From: Ginkgo biloba
Lineage: Eukaryota; Plantae; Ginkgophyta
Length of the DNA: 20,865 nt
Direction: 5' to 3'
NCBI GenBank assembly: GCA_024626585.2
Contig: JANKJI020000004.1
Location: forward strand, 113,470,689 to 113,491,553
Below are positions 11,160 through 20,865 of this stretch, one piece after another (the stretch's first letter is position 1; each line of letters opens with the position of its first letter). The position numbers were made by a program, and so were the translations under genes. The notes under the pieces were generated by a model. The model saw nothing but the letters and a program-made list of their open reading frames with translations. It was not told the DNA's origin and did no database searches.

Positions 11160-13249
11160 NNNNNNNNNNNNNNNNNNNNNNNNNNNNNNNNNNNNNNNNN
11201 NNNNNNNNNNNNNNNNNNNNNNNNNNNNNNNNNNNNNNNNNNNNNNNNNNNNNNNNNNNTTATGAAGGTTGTCTTTAACTAGTCCTTTAGGGCAATGCTC
11301 ACTTGATTATAGTTACTAAATCCATCCCTAAAGGAATGCTCATGTGATTATAGTCGTCAAATCCATCCGTGAAGGAATAAATATTGTGCTTGGTGACATT
11401 TTTTGAGATATTTTTGGGGAATGGAATAAGAAGTGAGTCCTTTTTCCTAACTTTATCTAATTCTTGATAATTGACACACAGATTTTTCCTATTTTCTTCT
11501 TGGCCATTATGATTGGGCTTACCCATACATTAGTCTTGATGGGACAAACGCATCCCATTTCCAACATCTTCTCAAATTTTGCCTTGACATCCTCCTTACC
11601 TTCATATTTAGTTGATATTGTCTTCGTCATACCAATTTTACTCCTTACAAGATTTTGATGTGATGTTGACCAATCTCAAGAGGCACACCCTTCAAATCTT
11701 TAAATGACAATGTGAATGCATCTTGATATTGTGTGAAAATAGCCATGGCTTGTGTTATTGTGGCCTTAGCCTAGTAGTCTCCCCTCATGATGTGCATGGG
11801 GTCCTACTCCATTCCAATGATGATGGTTCACATTTTAAGTTTTAAATGCTGGATAGTTGTGCCTCCTTTGTTTAGATGCCTTGGTGTCTTGTCGGATTTA
11901 TGATCTTCATAGTTCAACTCTGAATACTCAAGTGTATAGGAATCAACGAGTTGATCCTCAGTGTCATCTTCCTTTCAAACATTACCATGGTTAAGATGGG
12001 TTTCCTTCAATGTATCATTCTTCCTGACATCATTAATAGAAGGTGTTGAACTTATGTTGCAACACCTTTGCATAATCTTCTTGCCATGATATGATAAGTT
12101 TTTAATTTTGTTGAGCATCAAATAGAAATTTTTTAAGATGAACTATTTCTCGTATATGCTCCACTATAAGTTATGTTGTTTGTAATATTGAGTATACTAT
12201 TCTAACTAGTGTCAATGTAGTGAGATGGGAAACATTTATATCCTTAACTTTTGAGGTATGTTATGCATTTTCTAGAATTTCTTGCAAGCCTTTATATGGT
12301 TTTTAGGAATGAGTTGCATGTCGTATTGGGGTGGGTGGGATGATTGCTAAAAAAATAAAATAAAAAATTTGATGATAAAGATTTCATAGAATTCATCCCA
12401 CTTTGCATTGTAGAGTTGTGTTAGAGGAAACACCCTAGCTCCTAGCCTCATAAAGTGATTAGAAAATAGATATGCGATAATGCCTTCCATTCAGATTTTT
12501 CACTTTCCCATCTCTCCACAGAATTATTGATGTGTGGCCTCGCTCTAATGTTTTTGCTTAAACATGTTGGATTTTGGTGTCATAGGAATGACTTCAAGCT
12601 TTATGTTGTCATGTTCTTTTGATGACACACTACAAGTATTATTTATCAACATTCCGCCCTTGTATTGCTGAAAATATTCCTCTTCCACTATGGAAGGATA
12701 GATATTGTTAAGACCCAAACTTGTGCAGATTTGACCGTGAAAGGAGGGTCAACGATAGCCTTGAAGAGGGCACTAAATTCATCCTTGGAAGATGTGTCAA
12801 AACCTAAGCTCAATGATGCGGCTTGATTATATATTTTGGACATGATGATGAAACCCCATGTAGAGGTGCTTAAAACGAGAAAATTGTGAAGGAGAGAGCC
12901 AAGAGTGTCCAACAGAGGGTGCCTCCTCTCAAGGAGTAATTTGAGGGATTGCAATGTCACAGAGGGTTTCTTAGAGTATGGGGTAGCCCTAGGAATAAGA
13001 TCATTCCTATGTGGGTGTTTGTGTCCATCTTTTTGGTATATATGTGGGTTATCCAGGAATAGATACTCCTTAATCATTACCTCCATTAACTCCTATTGAT
13101 CTCCTACTGAAGGTGTATTCACTTTAGGAGTCCTTTTTTGCATTTTGGCNNNNNNNNNNNNNNNNNNNNNNNNNNNNNNNNNNNNNNNNNNNNNNNNNNN
13201 NNNNNNNNNNNNNNNNNNNNNNNNNNNNNNNNNNNNNNNNNNNNNNNNN

Positions 13250-13519
13250 GTTTATTAGTTAGTTTTCCCTTATTTTTTATGTTTTTATATTTTACATTGA
13301 AAAAACAATTAAAAAAAATTGAAAAGAAAGGGGAGTGGCCACTTCTTGCTGGGAAACGGCTCCCGATCATACCCGAAATGGGTATAGTATTTTGGGTATG
13401 GTTGGGGTACGACTAAGAAACATTTCCCAGCTGTACCACTCCCTTTTTTGGCCTGTATCTGTATCCGAAATGGTTCGGACACAGATACGGGACCCCCGGG
13501 GCTAGATCCTGGTAACACA
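13250..13519 (-). mobile_element. Non-coding hAT end / MITE-like copy of the family at 1-458
   Basis: Collinear with ~260-458 (CTTCTTG..GGAAAC..CTCCC; GGTATGGT.GGGGTAC.ACT; GTACC; GATACGG). Similarity stops immediately after the identical 15-mer GATCCTGGTAACACA. The left end is probably in the gap 13150-13249. Confidence 0.75.
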
Positions 13520-15251
13520 ATTTCAAACATTAACGATTATATTCAAGTAAGTTTGCATTCCAATGTCCTAGATAATATCAATAATGTAGTGCATGATTTC
13601 TATCAATGTTTGGTTGCATAAAATTATAAATAACAGGAGATTTCTATCAATGATTATATTATGTATGATGCAATGNNNNNNNNNNNNNNTTACTTACGCT
13701 GATTATATGCTATCTTATTACAACATATATTTGTCAAAACATTTTATCATATTCTACATTCGTATTTAATTTTTGCTCCAATATTTAATGAAATGTTTTT
13801 AACTTTGGCCTTAAAAACTATTTTGTATACTAATTATATTCATTGAAATTTTATCTATTAAATAGATCTGAATTCATTTTTCTTCATTTCCAAGAAGAGG
13901 TCTCATAGTTATATTTATCATAANNNNNNNNNNNNNNNNNNATAACATGTTTCTTAAAGCTTTTGCTGCTAGTGATGAAATCACACAGAGCCTAACAGGA
14001 ATATGTTGATACCAATACTGATAAGGCAAATTGGACAAAACCCTATAATTCAGGTATAAATAGCTGCATGCATAGCTCTTTACTTGTCAGTGAGAAAGGC
14101 AAGATGCTGCTCGTGGCTGTGTAGATATGGCTTCCCATGTAGATGGTAGGTGGTTCAAAGTCTAAACCTTCTTGGAGGATGACTTATCCCATCCTTTTTA
14201 GGGGCACCTTAAATATGTCAAGAGGGAAGGAAATTGCAGAACAACATCTAGGATGAAAGCACTGTATGATCGAGCATGGCTCTGAAATGTACTAATGATC
14301 TTGGATTAGATTTTAGGCTTGATTGTTGTAATAAACTGTCATATGGATGGTACTTAATCTCCAGTGAGTGAAATCTGTGCACATTGTCCTTTGTGTATCT
14401 GCCTCATGGAGTTTCTAAATGTTTATAAAATTGATGCGGCTCCTTTGCGCATCTATGTCCAGACTGTATGAGAGTCGAGATGTGGACTGCCTTTGAAAAG
14501 ATTGATTCAATTCTCTTAGATTTCCACATTAAAGCTTCCTACAATGCCCTTTCTTCCTTCTTAGTTTTTTAACATGTTAAAACAGGCTCAGTTTTTCAAT
14601 TTATAAAGTTTCATGCACTTTTCCTATTCTTCCTTAATGAAGAATGAGCTCGATTCTTTTCTTTTGTCCCTGTTTCTGTATTGCTATTCCTGACCTCCTT
14701 TCATGAGTTAATCTTTTAATTCTGACTGTCCTTTTAGAATGATGTTGGGTACTGTTAGAGTCAATTGAAGAAGATTTGCAATAAAATGCTATTTCATTTT
14801 GTTTATCTAGTTTTTATTATTTTTTTCGTCAAGTGGAGAGCTAAATACTTTTTTCATATCATTCAGAGTGCCATGTAAGCAGTAGAAATGTTTTGGGATC
14901 AGAAATGAATGTGCAATGCTAATTATAGTTATATAGATATGTTTGAGAAATTGTACTCTTGAGCTTTCATGTTATATGCTCTTAGTATGATATTTATTGA
15001 AATAGCTTCCCAAATGTAGTCAAACAGATGGACGTGTTCTTGTAAGTTTAAGCAGATTAGAGTAACATAGTAAAAACACAGAAGAGTGCATTACTGTTAT
15101 AAAATGGTATTTCTTCTGCCTAAATAATGTAGATCTGAGTTGTTTTCCTTTCATTCTTCTGTTTGTTGAACAAGTTTCTTACTTTATTGCATGAACCATT
15201 GAATATGTCTTTATTGGGTGTTTTGACCTGATTTATAAAGTCATTGCTCAG

Positions 15252-15413
15252 GTGCGAATTCGAGTTTTGGCTGTTGCTGTGGCATTATTTGGTATCTCAG
15301 ATGCAGCTGCTGCTGCAGTTTACCACTCAAGTCTCCTCAGCATGTTTGAAGAAGAACTTAACAACAAGAGTGATATTCTTGCCACTCTGAATGCACTGGA
15401 GGTGCTATATGAG
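15252..15413 (+). CDS. PSMD5: Internal exon E of PSMD5-like gene (VRIRVLAVAVALFGISDAAAAAVYHSSLLSMFEEELNNKSDILATLNALEVLYE)
   Basis: Acceptor gctcAG (15250-15251), donor GTACTT at 15414. 162 nt, phase 0/0. Continues exon D directly (SSSL|VRIRVL) and matches the recalled R.RVL.....LF.IS...D.L..LN.LE..YE pattern. Confidence 0.92.
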
Positions 15414-16210
15414 GTACTTTGAGAGCAAACTATCTAGAATTCACATTGTCGTGAATGAGGTGCATGCATGGTTTAGAGTGTTATAGGAGGCTATCCACTC
15501 CCTTTTTTTCTCATAACAAGTTAAGATGAATCACACTTATAGTTTTTCTTCCTTTTGAAGAAAATTTGATACACTATCAAAGCAAATTAACAATCTTTCT
15601 ATAAGGTCTGTCAGCAGTTTTCTTGCTGAGCCAAACAATGTGTGCAGAGCAGTATTAAACTATTGAGGGGTAATTAATGCACGATGATATATACGGTGGA
15701 TGGTTTTTGAGCAGTGTAGCAAGCATCTGACATATTTCTACAAGCCAGTTTTGGTTTCCAAGTGTTAAGGCATCATCAACTGAAAGGAATGGAGAGTACC
15801 TGGCATTGTCCAGTGTGAACAGCATTGTTGTAGGAACTGTGTTGAAAATATAAATAAAGTCTACATTATTGTATGGTTTTGAGTAAATCTATTGTCTTCT
15901 TTGGGAGTGAAAATTATCATATCCGGAGCCCCCCAAAACAAAGGAGACATCAACTGAAAAATAAGGAAGTTGGCCTAGACACTAAAGAAATAATAAAAAA
16001 CACTAAAGTGTAAGCAAAATTGGCCTATTCTAAAAAAAAATCTGATGGCAATAATGTAAGAGAAATTTTGAAGTAGGACAAGATGTAAAAAGTCAAGCTT
16101 AAACAGGAAAAACATAAAATTTTTAAAACGGAGAAACCTCTTTCAAAGGCAAAAAAGTAATCCTATCTTTTATTACTATATGAATTGAGGACTAGAAACC
16201 AATCCTAGTT

Positions 16211-16991
16211 GGAGAGTGGGATGGGGGCTGTTAGCAGGATAATTGTGATGTGGCAGACCAAATGATGACATGGCAGACCTAACAATGATGTGGCAGTAAA
16301 TGAGAGACCTGTAGATCACATTTACAACGACATAAGCAGACTGTATGGCAGAAATCAGGATGCATTTATGGTAAGCTGAGGTTAGGATGACAGAGCTGCA
16401 TTTAGTACAGAAACAGACCACATTTGTTACGGCAGTACAGATGCAAATATTGCAAAATTGCTTGCATTTAATGANNNNNNNNNNNNNNNNNNNNNNNNNN
16501 NNNNNNCAAGTTGCATTTAATGAGGCGATTTAGGGTACAATTGATGAAGTAATGATGGTGCATTAATTGAGGATGGTTAGGGCGCATTAATGAGGCATGT
16601 TAAGTGAACAATAATGATGTATGAAATGGAGGGTCACCTTTTAGGGTTATGACATTTATTATGAAAGCTTATGTCGATTGGCATTTATGAGAGTCAAATT
16701 CTTATAAATAGGAGAGAGAAAATGTGAGAGCCGAGTGCAAGTGTCTAGGGTTAGGTGTGAGAGGCGTATCTCTGGGATTTGTGATCATGTATCTATGAAT
16801 TACGAGTAATAAATGAGTATTGTACCCTGCATATGTGCTTGTTTTTGTTGATACTTTGTGATTTAGTGATACTATTGAGTAATGAATGTATGCATGCTTA
16901 ATTAATATGATGCTAATCCATTTCTAATTGGGATCTCCACTTTCTATACCCTAAATTAATCAACAAAGGCGTGAACCAAAAATTTCTAACA
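16211..16991 (+). mobile_element. Polypurine tract plus 3' LTR (family copy 3)
   Basis: Purine-rich GGAGAGTGGGATGGGGG (16211-16227) followed by TGTTAG (16229-16234)...CTAACA (16986-16991), a perfect 6-bp terminal inverted repeat. TATA box TATAAATAGG at ~16703, AATAAA downstream, and TGATGTGGCAG repeats near the 5' end. Confidence 0.75.
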
Positions 16992-17081
16992 ATAACCAAA
17001 GACCCCTATTGTCATAGCAGAAGATCCTACACGCGAAAATATTGAGCATAAGAGAAAGTATTCTTAAGATAGATATTGAAG

Positions 17082-17735
17082 TGAGGGTTTCATGAGAGAG
17101 CAAGACGCTGCTAAAAGGGCTTTTGGAAAACATCAATCAACTCCTTTTGAAAGGGCTCTAGCTTTCCTTTAGCACTTACGCTAAATCTTGTCAATGCACC
17201 TTGTGAGAGGACCATTGAAATGGGGCAGTTGGAAAAGATGATGGACATTGGAAGGAGAGATGATGTTGATAGCTGTGTTGCAAGATGCATGTATGCATGC
17301 GACATATCATTTAATGTGGCCCATTCACCTTATTGGTAGGATATGGTGAGGGACATAAACGATGGACCTAAGGGATACAAGAGTCCCTCTTTTGAAAAGG
17401 TGCATACCAAATTGCTCACAAAGGAGAAGTCTCTTGTGGAGCAGACAATGCAATCCATTGGAGCTTCCTTGCGGATAACCAGTGTCTCTATTATTTCAGA
17501 TGGGTGGATTGATGCAAGGAACATGCCATTAGTCAATGTGATTGTTGTCTCACCTAAGGGATCTGTGTTTTGGAATATTGTTGATTGCAATTGGGAGTTG
17601 AAGAATGCACCATTCATTGCCAACATTCTTATTGATGCTATAGAGAGTATTGGGTCTTCAAATATTGTGCAAGTCATCACCGACAATGTAAGGGTTTGTA
17701 AAGCAGTCGAGTTGTTGGTGGAGGCAAGTTACGAA
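17082..17735 (+). pseudogene. hAT transposase fragment (DUF659 domain)
   Basis: ORF 17343 onward: GYKSPSFEKVHTKLL...VSIISDGWID...PLVNVIV...IESIGSSNIVQVITDN. Upstream frame CMYACDISFNVAHSPYW* is broken by a stop. Truncated at the gap. Confidence 0.9.
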
Positions 17736-17836
17736 CNNNNNNNNNNNNNNNNNNNNNNNNNNNNNNNNNNNNNNNNNNNNNNNNNNNNNNNNNNNNNNNN
17801 NNNNNNNNNNNNNNNNNNNNNNNNNNNNNNNNNNNN

Positions 17837-20400
17837 TCAATTAAATAGCCAAGTGACATGTGGCGAACATTATTATCCAACACAAATATATTTGAATTTG
17901 TCCATATAGAGTCCTTGATTGTAACTATATTTTGGTAGCTCAGTTTTGTCTCCTACACTAGAACCATGTCTGGTTTTTCATTGTGAAGTTTTCTTCTTAA
18001 AGCATTTCTCTTATTAGAAGTTCCTAGACCCCTAATGTTCCATGACAGTATCTTGACAAAATTACTTATTTTTTATTTAGTTTTGAGGAAAGAAGCCTTT
18101 AGAACTTGTTGGGAACCGTCTGAAATGGTTGATTTAGTTTGTTTGTTTCTCCTTCCTCGATCTGAAGGTCTTCCTTTACCCATCGGGGTTTCTCCTATCT
18201 AGAGAGCACGGTTTCTTGTTAGATGAAAGGAGAAGACTCTCATCTTTAATGATTTTGGTATCACTTGACTGTTGAGAGTAGTAATTAAGGGGGCAACCCT
18301 TTCTAATGCACTATTATCATTCAAAAGGATAGATCCTATTTTTAGAGAGGGATTGACAAGAGACGAACCTAGAAGTGAAGAAACATTGGAAGGTCGGAGA
18401 ATCTCTGATTTGTCCGCCCATTGTATGATTTTCTTTGGAGAAGAGCGCCTGCCTTTTTTGCCTGGGGAGGCGGCCTTCCCTGACTTGGGAGTAGAGACCT
18501 GAAGAAGGTTGCTTGTACCTTCATCCCTATCATTGTCTGTCTAAAAATTTTTGTGAACTGAGTTATCTTCTTTGTGGACTTCTACAGTAGAGATACGAAT
18601 TAACCTTGTAGAAACTCCAATTTCATGAAGTTGGTTTTTACCTAATAAATCTCCTTTGACAAAAGAGACTCTAGGTACTTCTGAAGGGAGCATCCTTTTG
18701 GGATTGCCCTCTAAGACTAACGACTCATGGGTAGATTCTTCAAGAAGGTTAGTGTTATCATGCATATCTACATAAAAAATATTTGTTGAAGTCTATGATA
18801 TCATTTTACGACATTCCTTAGTCTGAGGCCAAGGAACAAAAGCCTCTTTTTCTTCTTTTGGCTCGTAAGGGTGGTACAAATGTGTCCATCCTAAAGCTTA
18901 ATAAAATGTATTAAGAATTATCTGTGGTTCATACATCTAGCTCGATGTAAGAGGTTTCTAATTTTTATCATTAAAATTGTAAGTTTGCTTGGCAAACTCT
19001 TCACACGAATTTTAAGTGATCTTTCTTCCTATAATTTTGAGGCCTTCCCTTGCCATATTGTGTGGGATTCTTTTTTAAATCTCTAAAAATTAGGGAAGTT
19101 TGTGTAGTTAGCTATCTGCGAATCTCATCACATATCTCTAAAGGTGAGACATGATTAAGCAGTTCTACAATGGTCTAGGGCATCCATATATCTTGAGAAT
19201 CGTATAATCGACCTGTTAAAAAATGTCACCTAAACACTGTCGTTGCATATCATCAATTATCACCTATGGAACTCGCACGATGCATTTTCTTTAGACTTGC
19301 CAAAATGCATCTAAAACATCATCATAGATGTTCTTAATATCCAAATCGCTCACGATTCCCTTCTTTTTCATGGAGTAACTAAAGAAGAATTTTTGAAGGT
19401 AATANNNNNNNNNNNNNNNNNNNNNNNNNNNNNNNNNNNNNNNNNNNNNNNNNNNNNNNNNNNNNNNNNNNNNNNNNNNNNNNNNNNNNNNNNNNNNNNN
19501 NNNNCAGTTATTTGGTTTAAAATGTTGAATTGATTGGAACTACTTGGTCCCGTGCTAGGCGACCTTTGTGAGGTGGAAGGGATCTTACCTCTCTGGGCTT
19601 TCCTTCACTTTACTAGATGGAAATCATTGTTATCCCTTGTTTTGGATGGCAGTCTTGGATCTGGGAACTTGGGACAATTACGAGCAAAGTGCGCATGATC
19701 ATGGCATCTTGCTCAGTTGAAAGGGATTGACTTGTAATCCAGTTTTTTCTCTAGGGTAATGGGTTTGATTTCTAAGGCTATTGAGTTCGACAGGCCCACT
19801 GCCAAGTCAACTTTGACATAGATATGAGCAACAACCATTGTGTCCTTCATTTTATCACCTAGTTTGACGAAAGTGGCAAGTTGATTGTTGATGATTTGAG
19901 GATTTCATCATCTTGTAGAAATAGAGGGAGGAAAGGTAAATGGACCCACACTGAGATAAGGGTTGGGGTCTCCATCAGAGGACTTAAATCCGCGTGCGAA
20001 TGCACAAGATAGAGGCCACTTTGACCCATGAAGTAAGGGCCTTGATAAAAAATGAGTTCTCTTCTTGCTGTGAAGTAGCCACGTTCCACACCAATGGTTT
20101 CGATTGGATTCTGAACATACGAAGCCCAAGCATAATCCACTAATGACTTCAAGGAGCTAGGGTTTGGCCACAAACTACTGAAGCGCCCAATTAGAGCCTT
20201 GGATTTTAGGCAAAAGAGCTTAGAACTGAACTTTTCAACTGGAATTTTGCATCTAGGGTTTTTTGAGCACTTCTTTACAAAGGATGAGGTCTTCGAGGGA
20301 TGGAAAGTTTGGTTCTGAGATTCAAAATCCTTAAAGAGGCAAAGACTTCAAAATCTTTGCCAAAGGACTAAGGCCATCCATCATTCACAATTGGAATCGG
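17837..20400 (-). mobile_element. LINE (L1-clade) 5' portion: ORF1 (DUF4283, zinc knuckle, low-complexity C-terminus) and the start of the ORF2 AP-endonuclease; degenerate and interrupted
   Basis: ALIGRFSSLWPNP...GPYFMGQSGLYL...VWVHLPFLPL (DUF4283-like, ~19860-20220); DYKSIPFN*ARCHDHAHFARNCPK (CX2CX4HX4C, 19674-19715); GKGRPSDRGRR...DGSQQVLK tail (~18100-18180); KILSWNIRGLG...KPDMVLV*ETKL (from ~18057 leftwards). Confidence 0.9.
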
Positions 20401-20865
20401 GGTGGAATTGGGGTGGCCAAAGAGAAGGTTTGCCATTGTTTTCAAAAGTCTTCTAAAATAATATTCACTCTAAACCCTCCACTGACAATGGTATAGTGTG
20501 GATTATTATCCTTGATAATAATGGTGATGGTTGTGGCTTGGTCACTATTAATTTCTTGGAAAGGCCCTTATTGCACATTATTGACTTTCCATGCATTTTA
20601 CAACAATTGACGTATTAGCAGTTGATATAGATGTTGGGGCCTCTCTGACCCCATTTCAAACTTGTTGGATCATGGCTTGAACTACATTAGGAATATGCAA
20701 CATTATTGTGGCCACTTTGACTAGCATCTCCAACTACAAAAGTTGTTTGGCCAATTGTGAAATTAGGTCATATTGAGCTAAACCATGTGGTCTTCTTGTC
20801 TTCGATAGATCCTTCATGTTTTAACAATATTCATGGACTATGGAGGAGATTTCTCCTTATATTGT

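Larger units (their letters stand above)
9562..12600 (-). mobile_element. Degenerate non-chromovirus (Tat/Athila-like) Ty3/gypsy internal region: possible gag, RT, RNase H end, integrase
   Basis: Minus strand: WVSPII, YSFTDGFDDYN, YNQVSIALKD*LKTTFI (RT, 11260-11700); GKAHVTPNKLS and PY*LIRGTLYYLG (10600-10873); VGGHV, DVCQRVGKP, ILWVFHTT...YGLELVIPIEFEVPSL and WLGPYII (integrase, 9600-10560). The right (gag) boundary is approximate. Confidence 0.88.

Noticed and set aside
12688-13099. 132-aa and 64-aa ORFs, and a TGTTAAGACCC LTR-like start near 12706
   Set aside because: No recognisable domain and no matching LTR end. Probably TE-derived but unassignable.
13595-13652. 14-bp direct repeat GATTTCTATCAATG (13595, 13639)
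   Set aside because: Two copies in AT-rich intron sequence, consistent with trivial local duplication.
14114-14165. Possible tRNA-derived SINE A/B boxes (TGGCTGTGTAG ... GGTTCAAAGTC)
   Set aside because: Both boxes mismatch consensus, and no tail, TSD or cloverleaf is visible.
16051-16995. Alternative solo-LTR boundaries 16055-16991 with ATAA flanks
   Set aside because: Only a 4-bp AT-rich match and an imperfect terminal repeat. The PPT plus TGTTAG at 16229 is the better-supported 5' boundary.
20400-20865. Possible further retroelement (gag-like) remnant
   Set aside because: No diagnostic motif could be read with confidence.

Overview
Eukaryotic, AT-rich, gap-ridden draft sequence from a large-genome land plant (gymnosperm-like; the lineage is an inference from intron size and TE style). 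The window lies entirely inside one + strand gene. Five small GT-AG exons (5593-5655, 7309-7412, 7708-7774, 7923-7994, 15252-15413; 468 nt, 156 codons) splice in frame to an ARM-repeat protein matching plant PSMD5/S5b (Hsm3), the 26S proteasome base assembly chaperone. The ORF track misses all five exons, and the start and stop codons lie outside the window. The introns (148 bp to 7.26 kb, plus two >5.4 kb partial ones) are filled with decayed, partly nested transposons: two Ty3/gypsy pol remnants, three related LTRs, a CpG-rich CCGAC-repeat insert, three pieces of a DUF659-type hAT family and LINE (L1) remnants. I found no convincing new biological system. The best leads are a 16/32-bp CCGAC (DRE/CRT-like) array in a nested insert, an unclassified degenerate ORF inside the LINE, and the nested TE architecture.
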